A stretch of 64,000 bases of DNA from Lingula anatina (Eukaryota > Animalia > Brachiopoda): positions 19,158,001 to 19,222,000 of the forward strand of contig CM120641.1 of NCBI GenBank assembly GCA_051362555.1, written 5' to 3'. The translations under genes and the position numbers were made by a program. The notes beneath the pieces are model-generated. The model did not search any database. It saw only the letters and a list, made by a program, of their open reading frames with translations, and was not told the DNA's origin. Position 1 is the first letter of the stretch; each line of letters starts with the position of its first letter. Below are positions 49,101 through 61,463 of this stretch, piece after piece.

Positions 49101-51188
49101 TAATGTGCTGATCAAAGTACTGAAACACAATTTGTGGTTAGTGAAATGTCCCCAAGACCATTATTCACACAAGGTAATATGTGCATGGCAAGGGAGCTTT
49201 CCCTTCTACAATCTATCTGGCAATATTATTTTGCAATTATTTGATACAAGCAAAATTTTATTGTGAACAGTCTCATTTTTCAGCAAAGTTTAAAGTGTTA
49301 CCATGCCATTAGTTTTTCTTCAAGATCTTTTGTCAGTAACAAGATCCAAAATTAGGGAAACCATTTATAAAAAATTTACCTGTTACTCTCAAGAAAATGC
49401 ATTTAACAAAAATACCTCATCTACCTGATCTCTGATTATTTAGTCTAGCTTATAATGGATTTATACTATTGTATTACAGTGTTCTTGACACTTTATCCAA
49501 ATGGCTACACAAATACTTAAACAAGCTTATTTTGTTCTCAGATGTATTCCAAACTCAAAACAAATAACAGACACACGGTAGAATTTTTGAAAAAGAAGTA
49601 TTGGTCCACAGCTCCTTCCCTCCCCCACCACCCTTCTGCTACTTTCCTCGAAACTGGACACTATAATTATGGCTAATAACACATTTCGCCAACATAACCT
49701 CAAACATTTCTTTTATCATATGACACACCCAGAAAAAAAGTTGTCTTAGCTCTGCTTTCAGGACAGGTATATTTTGGCTAAATCCTATTTTGCTGTTTTG
49801 TCTAATATCATGAATCACCTTCTGCTTGTGGGCTATTTAAAGTGCTCTGGTTGAAATGGGGTCCTTGTCTTCAACAATTATAGAAACACCAACATTTCAT
49901 TGTGGCTTGTGACATTTTTTCATATGAATTACACAATACACCTCTAAGATAAATGTAAAGATGAGATTCTGTATATAAAAATTGTCAAAATTACTTAAAA
50001 TATCTTTTAGCTAATATGTGTTACCTAATTTTTTACAGCTTGATTTTGACGCACATTAAAGTTAACAGTAATATAGCCATTGTCAAACAGGAGTCAAATA
50101 ATTGTATACATCTTATTTCAAAGATACCTCAGTATTTTTCTAACTTTTGGCCTGCAGGGTGATTTTGAAAAGTTTTGAAAAGATTTAAACACTCAAATAC
50201 ACTTACCTTCTCACTCAAGCACTTGCTTGTTAGATAAAATGTAGCCCTAAGCCAATTACACTTATAATTTATGATGCAAAAGCTATATTCTAACTTGGGT
50301 GGAGTGCGATTAAAATCAAGTTATGATCTGGGAGTTTAAAATTATTTTTTATGTTTTATAATAAAGTAATATGCCTGGTTTCAGCACAGACCTTCTTCAA
50401 CTTCAATAAACAAATGTTTACAACATTTAAACTTGATTAGTTATAAATGTTGAAACTGAAGATAACACAGACAGGCTCAAAATAAGAGAGATGGCAGGTT
50501 TAGGATCCAAATAAAAGTCAAATTAGTTGTCAAAATGTCACTTTACAGATTATTTTGATGCTGGAAAAGGTAAAGAAGCACACCACCCCACTCAAATCTT
50601 TCTTTCAGAAAAAATAAAATAGTGAAATCTACATCTTACACAATTATGTAGAGAGATTTTACAAAAATAACACTGCTTGAAAAATGCTGGTTTCTTAACA
50701 TATCAATGAATTTAATGTCAGTCTCTTTTTTAACCAGATAACCATATATAACTTGCACAATGAGATTAACGAAACAATAGGATGAAACAATTGTCACTTT
50801 GCACTGTGATTACCTTTCGGCATAGTGGGATAAACTCTACATAAAATGTTACCAATAAAAATTGTTGACATGGCTCTACTAGCAATACAGGTGGATAATA
50901 CTCAAGGTATCAATTAACACCGGCGCGTTTTCTATAACATTAGTCATAGCATTGCAATGAAGAATCATTGAAAGGGGGCTTGGCATGCACAATACATTAC
51001 TATTAGTACTACAACAACTACTAGTCGTGCAAACTCGAAGTGAGTATTTAATTGAGAGTAATACTAAGTTTTACTACCTTGCTGCTTTCCAGAGCTTCGG
51101 CTGAGTGATGTTCCTTGGGTCGAAAACAGCTCTGACATTTGCTCTTGTTGAAGATGTTGGGCAGAAACTTTCGGCATGAGGAGGCCAT
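15070..51188 (-). CDS. MPRIP: Myosin phosphatase Rho-interacting protein / TRIOBP / outspread family protein (two PH domains, long coiled coil), about 2895 aa if all 24 exons are used
   Basis: Frame-consistent exons 51188-51078, 48718-48638, 43449-43384, 38140-37989, 36787-36682, 33543-32302, 32110-32000, 31207-30992, 30602-29667, 29251-29153, 28112-28032, 26387-26229, 25294-25199, 24941-21054, 20419-20294, 19605-19444, 19289-19142, 17953-17833, 17501-17349, 17138-17027, 16715-16629, 16309-16138, 15499-15395, 15227-15070. Diagnostic segments: [46 protein letters not shown]...[57 protein letters not shown]. Confidence 0.92.
17266..17328. repeat. (TG)n(GA)n microsatellite
   Basis: Directly visible. 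Confidence 0.9.
17989..18024. repeat. (ATA)n microsatellite
   Basis: Directly visible; explains the poly-Ile ORF 17941..18147. Confidence 0.95.
18469..18492 (-). CDS. MPRIP: Candidate 24-nt in-frame microexon of the MPRIP-like gene
   Basis: Minus strand: ttttgcattttatttAG|TCCTCTATGAGGGAATGCATAAGG|GTGAGT in a phase-1 intron; adds VLYEGMHK with no stop. Confidence 0.55.
21054..24941 (-). CDS. MPRIP: Giant 3888-nt coiled-coil exon of the MPRIP-like gene
   Basis: Lies within ORF 20853..24962; acceptor caacAG before 24941 and donor CAG|GTGAGC after 21054; 1296 codons, phase 0 at both ends; E/K/L/Q-rich heptads. Confidence 0.9.
29667..31207 (-). CDS. MPRIP: Exons encoding the second PH domain and the following Ser/Glu-rich linker of the MPRIP-like gene
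   Basis: Exons 31207-30992 (KKGWLLML...[18 protein letters not shown]...IDLSTC...NYGFRLK) and 30602-29667 ([18 protein letters not shown]). Confidence 0.92.
32302..33543 (-). CDS. MPRIP: 1242-nt low-complexity exon of the MPRIP-like gene between the PH domains
   Basis: tttcAG acceptor, AAG|GTAAAC donor, 414 open codons; overlaps ORF 32287..33399. Confidence 0.88.
33847..33906 (-). CDS. MPRIP: Candidate alternative first coding exon of the MPRIP-like gene ([20 protein letters not shown])
   Basis: caaaATG start, 20 codons, AAG|GTGAAA phase-0 donor 303 bp upstream of the phase-0 acceptor at 33543. Confidence 0.55.
40128..40156. repeat. (CA)n microsatellite
   Basis: Directly visible. Confidence 0.9.
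41607..41806. mobile_element. MITE-like inverted-repeat element in an MPRIP intron
   Basis: TAGATCGATCTA at both ends plus imperfect inverted arms ccctggggggttcacgctaaattgcagtcagc / gctgacagtaatctagtgagactcccccacaggg. Confidence 0.55.
47795..47839. repeat. (TG)n plus poly-G
   Basis: Directly visible. Confidence 0.9.
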
Positions 51189-53695
51189 TTTGAAAATGAA
51201 CAAATCCGCTGGGCCGTCCTAATACGTATTGTAATCTCCTTAATGATTGCCTGACCTTAGCCTAATCTCAGGTGACATGACTACATTCTGCAGCGCCCTG
51301 CGTCATCCACCCAAAACTGATGATCAGAAGGAAAACACAAACTTTTCAGACCACGGAGTTGAGCGATTAGTTTTACAACTTGCCACTTGCTGGCTTGCCG
51401 CGTCACACCTTCAATAACAATGTTCCTGCGCGAATGAATTAATGGCGGAGTGACATGACATGTAATATTCTAAAACTGACACGACCGCCCCCTAACGAGT
51501 ACTATCTCAACTACGGTGACAATTTCCCAATGCTAGTGCATTTGCAGGACCTAAAGTGTTTGAATCAGGCTTTTGGTGGTTTTAGCCTCATTGCCGTGTG
51601 ACGAAAATTTAAGGACAGCACTTGACTATGGCACATTCAAAATAAATTGTAGGCCTAATCCTCTATAGGCCTTCCATCCTAACAGTTTTGGTCACCTCTG
51701 GTCCCGGATTTGGGCCTTAAAATAGATATGACATTTATTCATTCATTCCTTTTTTATTGTTCATGATTGTTGTTGGTTTTCATTCCATTTTTACTAGTTT
51801 AAAGCAAACTTTATCAACATAAACTTGATAGGCCTATAGACTAGCATACCAGTAGACTACTTTGCCGGCGATTTGAGTTTGTTTCAAGTGTAGGTTTAGT
51901 ATATAGGATAAAAATTGTGTATAGTCTACCGTGGCAGCTTATAAATAATGTCTATGACGTAATGCTCAATTCATAAAATTCATAAGATAAACAAAGTAAC
52001 AGAAATTACGAAAGATGACATGCGCTTATTTTGCTCCTGTCAAAAACTTTTTCGGCCTTAGGTATGGGGGGGGGGGGGGGGGAGGGGGGCACCCACACGG
52101 TTAATTACTGTACACATGTAAGAGGTGATCACGTACCCAAGACGCTCACGTTCATTATGGTCCAAGCTTGACAATCTGTCAGTTAACTTCATCCGGACTG
52201 ATATTGAAGGCGTATGGTATAGGAAGCAATTTTAAGGTGTGTGTGTGTGTGTTGGGAGGGGGAGGACCATTTCGGTGACCAATTTAGCACCAATAATAAT
52301 AATAGCCTCACTCTAAGCCTATGCCTTTTTATCACTGATGTGATTGAAAAAGGTGTGGCGGCTTCGGCTCCCAACATATAGGACTTAAGTTTATTGATAT
52401 TTTCATTATCATAGCCCATATACCATTATCATAGCCCATATACGGTCTCCTTGCTTTCAAAAATAAGAGAAGTAGAATTTTTCTTTTTATTCTTATCAAC
52501 TATTTCTTTTTGTAAATACTTTTACTTTTTAAATTAACTTTGAAGCAATTATGATTTTCGTAAACTTGTTGTTTTACTTTGTAGAGTGCTCTTTGAAAGT
52601 GTAGATCTAGGCCTATTGACAATAACACCTGGATGGTTGTAATTTTCAAGATAAAGCATTGCCTAATAAGTTAAAGAAAGCTCCCGAAAATAAATAAATA
52701 TTATCAGTTTAAGAATCGACTTCTCTACTAATATTTGAGCGAAAAAAATAGGTTCCTATCCTCAAAATCAAATTATCCAAATATCCTTCAGACTAAAAAA
52801 AATTTGCACTCTTCCAAACATCTATCGTGGATTTATTTTTGCAGTTGTAGTGACAAAAGGCAGAGACACACAGAGGAAACTAGGGGAAAACCAGATCAAA
52901 GTCAAGTGGACAGACATGGACTTGACTGAAACCCAGCCAATGGCACACTAGTTAGCGAAAAGACTGGGAAACTACGGTGTGCTGAGTAGGCCTAGTATAG
53001 CATGCGCAGCGCCTTCATGATTTCGCACCACGCACAGAGTTGAGAGAGAGAGGGAGAGAGAGAGAGAGAGACTGTAATCTCCAATCCAACCCGCTCTGGT
53101 CACTGCTTCAATCCCTTGTTTCTAGGCTTATATAATTACATCAATCCATATCTCTGCACTTTACACACAACGCCAAATAGGCCTACTGGCATCGTTGTGA
53201 ATGAATGGTGTGTAGACCGTACGTTGTGATTGTGGAACATCTGTTGCAATTCACCGCAATACGTTTCGTCAAAGATCCTTTTAATGTATGTTTTGATGTG
53301 GTGAATCATGTTTCTGTTAGATTTTTTTTAATATGCAGTACTATATGCCAGAGTTTTCAATGTGCGTTAAGAGACAGACCCAAAAACCCGATACATCTTT
53401 TCTCAATTTGCTATGCATAAACCATACGTAGGTTGATTCGTTCTGACTTGTACAGTGTGTATTGCCGCAGCCAGAGAGCGCTTGCTCTTCCGGCTCTTTG
53501 TGAATTGATTTTGTGCAGTTGGCTGGTAAGGACAGTTCGTTCTACGTGCATGTTGTTGCGACGTTTCATGGCTACTTAAAATAATGAAATCAGCGCTTTT
53601 CGACGGAGGCTCAATCTGCTGGAAGGGAGATATTTGAAGCAAACATGTACTACACTCGCTGGATACATTCCAGCGTGAAGAGTTATATTGAAACC
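51189..53695. promoter_or_regulatory. Divergent intergenic/promoter region between the MPRIP-like and MMD-like genes
   Basis: The two start codons face away from each other about 2.5 kb apart; CpG frequency visibly rises near both starts compared with the CpG-poor MPRIP introns. Confidence 0.5.
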
Positions 53696-56600
53696 ATGGA
53701 CGGATTTCGCAAAGCTAGGTAGGCATATGTGAAATGTTGGACGCTTATTCTGCAATGCATTGTTGTAGAAAATGCGTAGGGTGAATGGTTTCTGGCTTTC
53801 GATTCACTTTATGGCATTAGGGGAATTAAGTAACATTGTATACAATATAAGTTCAGTATGAATACATTGTTTGTGTCTGCTTTTCATACCCTGACCTTTT
53901 CAAGATGTTATTTGCGTTCACCTGGATGAAGGATACCGCAAAGGAGTCTGCTCATAACCTTATATTGCAAGTATGCACATGTGCCCTTTACTTGATTCTT
54001 TTTTGGTCTTACTGAGGTGGTAAATTACTTTACCCAACGATGATAACAGAAAACTTTGCAAATTTTCAAACGCATAAAATCTGTTGAAAAAGTTGTCAAC
54101 ACCGAAGGACACGATGGTTTACACCAAAAATAATCGCCTTTGATATTTTTGATTGATTATTGTTTTACAAAATAATAGAAGATAATCGTGGGTTAAATCA
54201 GATTGATCTGTATAATGATGGTCTGTTTTTGCCACAACGAAAGTGGTTAATTTCAAATACAGGTCAGCCAATTACAGTAAAATTTCTTCCTAGATCATCG
54301 ATTATAGAACTGTAAAGTATATTGCTTTCACCAGTTTTCTGGGATGTCAAACGTAAGCCTTGGTCTATATAATTTTTATGAGCAAAATGAACGCACCCAA
54401 ATCTCTTTTTCTGTTACGGCGCTTTTCAGAGTGTCTTTTAAAGATTCATGTTTTAACAATTTTACGTATTTATGATACTTCTTGCAAATGCCGGTTTCTG
54501 TAGAAAGGCATATGCAGCTATCTTTAAAGATAACAAGACCATTTGACTGCGTTTCTCTCTTTATTCGCTCAGAGGAGGACAAGAGGCTTATGCACTGTAC
54601 ATCTGATAGGAAATTGCCTTTGATAACAGGCTGTTGCGGTATTGATAAGTGGGGATGGTTAATTTGATGGCATCCCGTACCGATAGATATAGTCTGGGTA
54701 AGGACCACATTATTACCCGTTCGTTCTTCTTCCAAAACTATATTTAAAAATAAATAAAAGAGAATATTAATGTGAATAAAATATGGCTTCTCAAAAAAAA
54801 AAAAAATAATAAAATAAATAAATAAATAAATAAATAAAACGCCACGAAGACAATAGTAGGGGCGTATAATTTCAAAGATAAAGCAAGCCGAATTAGGAAT
54901 AGCATTCAAAGAAGCATCACGGAAAACCTTACATCTTTATAACCGAGTAGGGAGCTAAAAGTTCTGTCTCAGATTATCCCTAATGATATGTAATGTTCTC
55001 TTTTGGTGTATAGTACAAAACGATATTTTATGTTTGAATGAACGGATTTTACAGTCAATGGATTTGTTTAACGGGTATGTTGCTTTTTTATTCTTGAATT
55101 TCTGTCCCGTTATTTAGGGTCCACACTCCAGTCCATGCAGTTCATGAAATAAAATGCCAACGAAGCACTAGTAATGTGCCGAAGCTGATATTATTACAAT
55201 GTCGATCGATAAACGAGAATCTTAATGTCTTTATGGACTTAATGTTGCATTATCAGGGAATCGATCCAAACGATATGTCGGATTTGATATTAATATTTGA
55301 ACATCGAAAACTGAACATGTCACGTAAACCGACTCTAAAACCATATACCACTGCATATGCTGACTAAGAGCTATCCACGTACGTAATGGAAATGTACATA
55401 TACTTGTAAGTAGAGCAGCCTACTACTAATCCACCGAGGTCTTTCGCTAATGTCTCTTTTCCAAATTTTAATCGCTGGACCGAAAAAGAACCGATCGATT
55501 GACATTATAATAACATCACATGCACTTTGTAGGGCGTAAATACGTCACCAAATATCCTCGGCACCGAGGTGACATTAATTAATAAGGGCCTCCAAGTGTA
55601 ATACCTAATATATATATATATATATATATATAGGTATATTTAGAGTTAGAAAGATAACATATTCAAGTGATATAGGCCTAATGTTGATCAATAGCAAATC
55701 GTGTTTTAAGTTGACATAACAAAAGCGCAACGTAACCTTATCCTGGCGAATAAGCAGGTCCTGTAAATGTGTTACACAATAACTTCAATGACAACCTTTT
55801 TTAAAAAGTTGGCGCTAAATTTTCACTTGAGAAATATCAACACCTTGTTACTATCAAGCTTAGGAGACACGCTCCCGTTTAAATTCACATCAATATCAAC
55901 ACAGTCTACACAAAAGTGGTGCAAATAGAATTTGCTTATTTGGAATCTCTAGGTCTACTTAATTACGATAATAGTTCAGCTTGCTAGCAATACAGATAGG
56001 CCTATCACTAAAAGCAGAACCGCACGGTCACGTGACCGGTAATAACGAGGTTTCTGTTCCGTCTATGAACACCGATATATTGTTGAGTCAATCGGTCAGG
56101 GTTGGTCGGGTTGGTAGGGGCTGTAGTTGATGGGGGTGTGAGATCCAGGGTATTCACCTCCCCAGAGCGCCCTTTTACATCCGCAAGTGCGATGAGAGGA
56201 ACGGCTAACGGGATAAGGCGGAGTAATTCTCGGTAAGTGTGACAGTAAGGCAACGTACGCTAGTTTCAGTATTTTGACAACGACAGTGACGGAATATTAA
56301 ACGACCACGCGTTCTGGCAGTGTCCCCGGTTGGGAAAGCTAACTAGAGGAACTACTGACACGAGAAAGGAGTTTGGACCTATAAAGAATTTGACTAGCTA
56401 AACTGTTAATTGGGGAACACTGGGATTGGATCACACACAACCAAAATGCACAGGTGCACATTGAAGAAGGGGGGGGGGGGGGGGTTGGAGGAGGCAGCAG
56501 GAGGGTTATTTAGTACCAGAAGATTTCATACTCTATTAATTATGTTTATGTTATTTCAGTTTTTCTCAAGCACCTCACATATTTTGCTTCATCTAATTTT

Positions 56601-56760
56601 GTGCTTATAATAATAATAATAAAAATGGTTAGGTAACATAATACCAACTAGAGAAATGGTAATGCACTAACTGTATTGTATCGTCATTAGTATCGATATC
56701 ATATTGTACAAGGTCATGACAATCTATGTACCAGTACAGAAATAAATTGAATAAAATTGA

Positions 56761-56814
<54 letters not shown>

Positions 56815-59176
56815 CTGCAATCATATTAGCTGTAACTTTTATTTTGTGTCTTTTTTGTAATGCCTTGTATGTCAAAATGAAAATCGGTGAAGTTACTAAC
56901 CCCTCCCTCCATTCTCAATTATGTTACTTAATTATACCAAAGTGAGTGGAGGGAGGGGGCAGGATATAAAAAGAATGTTCTCTGTCTCTTGGGTCCGTCT
57001 TTTCATAGATCTTGCTACCTTTTACTGGTTTAGTCCAGTTTTAAAAATGGTCTCTGACTCCAGTATGTTACATCTGCATAGAGACAACGATATAATAATG
57101 CACCCCCCCCCCCCCCCAAACTCTTACACAAACTCAAATTGCATGTGAACTTTTATGTATCTCCACATGTCACTTTCAGCTATTCCTCTCTTAGGAGTTG
57201 GCCATTTACATTCCAATATATCCTGATAGTTCCTTCCCTCATTCTAGGTTTAATTTGCTTTATTTGTTTTCCAGACTGATGAACTGCCGTGCCAGGCCAG
57301 GCAGTGCCTATGTGCCAACTGATGTTGAACACATTGCCAACATGGTTACCCATGGGGTAAGTTCCAGAAAGTGTCAGCAGTGCTAATTGCATTCAAGCCA
57401 GTCACGGCACAGTACGACTCAATCAACAACTGTAATTTCTTCCTCTGACCAAATAAGTCATTTGAGTTAAGGATAGAAAGGATTCATGTTGTGCAAATGT
57501 TCACTCGATTACAATCAGATAGAAGACATTTAGACGATCATATTAAGTCTACTGGAAGAAAGCACTCAGGGGTTGAATGAGAAATTTTCCATGAAAATGA
57601 AGTTGAAGCAAATCACTGTTGATGATTTGGGTCCTTGGTCTATAGTCACGTACACCATCGCATCTCAAACCTTTCATTATTCTGTAGTGAACTTTTTTCT
57701 TGTCTGAATATACATTTTAAACTCAAGGCTGTTTTAGTTTTAGACCTTAACAGGCATGGTTCAATTCAGAAGGTGAAATAAAACTGTTTTGACAAATGAG
57801 GTGTTTTATCAGAGTTTGAATTTTTTCAGATATGGATCTTGCCTAGTTTTGCAGCTGGGGTATGGATGGTGAACCTGGCCCACACACCCCTCCAATACCT
57901 TACTTCTGTTATATATGGTATGGCATTAATGGCCTTATTTATCACTTCAACCACATTTCATACCATATCCTACACTGGGAAATGCATGTAAGTATCAGTT
58001 TGGTTGATGCACAGCTAAAACACGATAAACATCCTGTCTTTTCAGGGTTTAACCATCCTTATATGGCATCTCTTGTTTTTCTTGGATAAATTATGTCAAG
58101 CCATTTTGTTTTCATGTTTTATTCAAAATGTCACAATGTTACTAGAAGCACATTTTGTCTGCATAAATAGCCTTGACATCAGTGTATTTCCAAATTAAAC
58201 AATTGAAAAGACATCTGATAGTCTTACATTTCAATTTAAACATTTTAGTTCCCCCAACCACTTACAACCACCCTTCAGATCCGTGCCCTAAAGTTGTGGT
58301 GATATTTGATATTATTTTCAGACCTACCTCCCATTTCAGTTTCAAAATGTTTGGTAACTTTGTTACTGAAAATGACTGAACTAATGAACATTGCAAAATC
58401 CACCCTAATTTTGTCAGCATAAAAGCAATTTTCATTGAATTTTACATGCAACATGGTAATCAAATTTGTCAGAAATGCTGGTACAATAATGAAAGAGAAT
58501 AAATGTGCAAGAAGTTCTCTGTCCTAGAATTGAGTTTAACTGAAGGAAGATAAAATCAGTGCAGATGTATTAGTATTGATCATGATTGAGTGGATAAGGA
58601 GAGGCTGTGACTTATATGGATATAGGTTGTCTAGGATAATTTAAGAAATCGAGTGATAAGATGCTTCTGTTATTTAAATTGCTTCCATGCAGTATTCTCA
58701 ATCCTGTGCATGTGTTTTGAAGCAGCTAAATTTGAGTTCATGTACATATTTGTACAAGTAGTGATTAATATTTGATTTAGGTAAATCCCCAAAGATATAA
58801 AAGATAAGTCACTACCAGCCAAATCAGAGGCAATTTCATCTTGAAGGGACATTTGTCCCTATAAGTGGCAAACAGTTATGTTGTTTTACTTCTATTTGCT
58901 GAGTGGCCTTTATGTTAATAAGGCAGGTTCCTTTCAAAAATCAGCATGATCAGATTGTTTTTATTTTATTTATTTTTTTTAGTTTTGCATTTGTCATGTA
59001 ATTCGCCCAATAAGTACCAAACCACATTATTGATTTATTTCTTGTGAGTGGCTTTGTATTTTTAAAAGGTAGGGTCTAGGATCCTATTTATTTTACAAAA
59101 GTTATTCATTTTTTTTTTATCAGCTTGATTAATTTTTTTCAAATTATTACTTTTTTATAAATATTGTTGCGGTGTC

Positions 59177-59210
<34 letters not shown>

Positions 59211-61366
59211 TGTTGTCTGTATATTTGCCAGACTGAGTGCTTAGCTTATGTTGTATTCAATTTTCAGGTCATGGAAGAATGTCTTCCATATAGGCGACCG
59301 AGCTGTCATATACATCTTCATTGCCGCTTCGTACACTCCATGGTAAGTACAATCACATTTCCCTGGGGAGTTGCCAGTTTGAATATAGTAAGCATGTTAT
59401 GTATTTCCAAGCATGTTCAACTAAAATATTTGTAATCAGTCTAGATAAAGCCCTTTGTCAGTCCATTTATACTTTTATATGATTTATTTATAAATTCATG
59501 TTAAGTGACATTTCTACATTTTTTTACAGGATTAAACTTTTAAAAGTATACAGGTATCAAAAACAAATATAATCTCTTGACTTCTAAGTGCATTTTCCTG
59601 ACAAACTTAGAAAATTTTGGTTGAATATTCTTGATAGATATATAAATAGAAAGATAAATAGATGATATGTACTTGTGCATACATTTTTTAGCAATTTCTA
59701 TTTTACATGTATTAGATTTTTAAAATTTTTTGTTAGCCACAGTTAATTATTTAAACCCATGTGGTTCACAACAGGATGTCAGTTTAACCCCAAAACCACT
59801 GGAAGCAGGCATTTGAAGGCAGCCATCATCTGCTGGTTGCTTGCTCTCAGGCCACTGTCACTGGGTATATTTCCATTAACTTGATACAATATTCAAGTAA
59901 GCTGTCACAATTTATCACAGGAAGCCTACCTCCAGGGGCATTTCAGTTAGAGATACTTTTAATATTTTATTGGAAATATTAGGGTCATATGCACTCTGTT
60001 GATATTATGACAGCGGGTTGTCTTAATGCAACCATGCATTTGGGCTTATAGTATTGAGTAACTTCCTAATAATATGATGAAAGATTTGTTTAAAAATGCT
60101 TATATAATTACTGTGCATGATATCATAAAAGTTTTAAGAAAAATGTTATCGTGATATTATTCTCTACATAAAGGTTCTTAGGGTACAAAACAAAAGACAG
60201 CAGAGGAATCTTAGACGAAGAAATATTCATTTCTTATCCCCATTTGACATTGACAATTATTGATTATTTCATCATAATTTCAACAGTGCAGAATATAAAA
60301 TAACACGTAGATAATATTACAATTTCTCCTAGACATAATGTTTCTTTATATTTTGGTGCATGTAATTAAAAGGCTTGAAAGGATGTTTAAAGAACAGGTG
60401 GGTGGATATAGAAATTCCTGGAACATTTGGAAAATATTAATCCCGCCAACTTTAGAAATGCTGACATCTTTTAAAGAGCAGACTGTTTTACTGCCAATGT
60501 TATAAATGTTTGATAAAGAGGTACATACTAGTATGATAGACAACTAAGACAGTACATAAGATTGTCTTTTCCTTAGCTTAATGTTTTTCGTCTGTGTTCA
60601 TGTGTGTGTGTATGCGTGTGTACCCCCCTAACTCAAGGCCCCCTAGCTACTCTAATGTGCAATTTCCTCTTTGATTTTCAAGTGGCCAATAAAGGTCATG
60701 ATAAATTAGAATGCAATATTGCTTTTAGGAACATCTACTGGTATGCTACCAGTGCCTACCACATACCGTATTGTGATATTAATCTGGGTGCATCAAGTAT
60801 GGTTCTTGGTCAAATACTGTTGTTGTCCTGCTTGTCTGACTGCTCCTTGGGGAGCCAAGACTCTAGGGTTTTACTTTGTGGGTTTGTCTGAACAGGAAAA
60901 AGATTCAAGGCTCATATCAATTTTGTTTAAACCAAAAAGCTAAGTTAAAATGGAGTTAAGTTGGCAATATTTTAAAACACATTTCTCATTTCTTAAACAA
61001 GTAAATGTTATTCTCTAGCACTGGGTGCTGATTTCATATGTCTAAATTGGGATTGGATTGGCATGGCTTCACAAAAAGAAATTGAGGAGTCTAATTGGGA
61101 ACATGTAACTTTTGGGCCCCTCCCCCTAGATCCCCCCCTCCAGTCAACCAATACACAACATAAATTTTCATTGTGTACTAGTAATTGAACCCAGGGTGTG
61201 CTTCAATAAAAAAATTCAACTGCTATTTATGCTCTATTTCTGTTTTATTCAGGCTGACCCTGAAGGACATGCAAACCTGGGGCATGCAGACACTTTGGCT
61301 GGTTTGGCTAGCAGCTGTTCTGGGGATTGTCTATCAGTACACCTTCCACGAGAAGTTAGACATCTT

Positions 61367-61463
<97 letters not shown>

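Noticed and set aside
54376-54909. 177-aa minus-strand ORF in MMD intron 1
   Set aside because: Low-complexity start from (TTTA)n and poly-T, non-ATG start, no domain or splice support.
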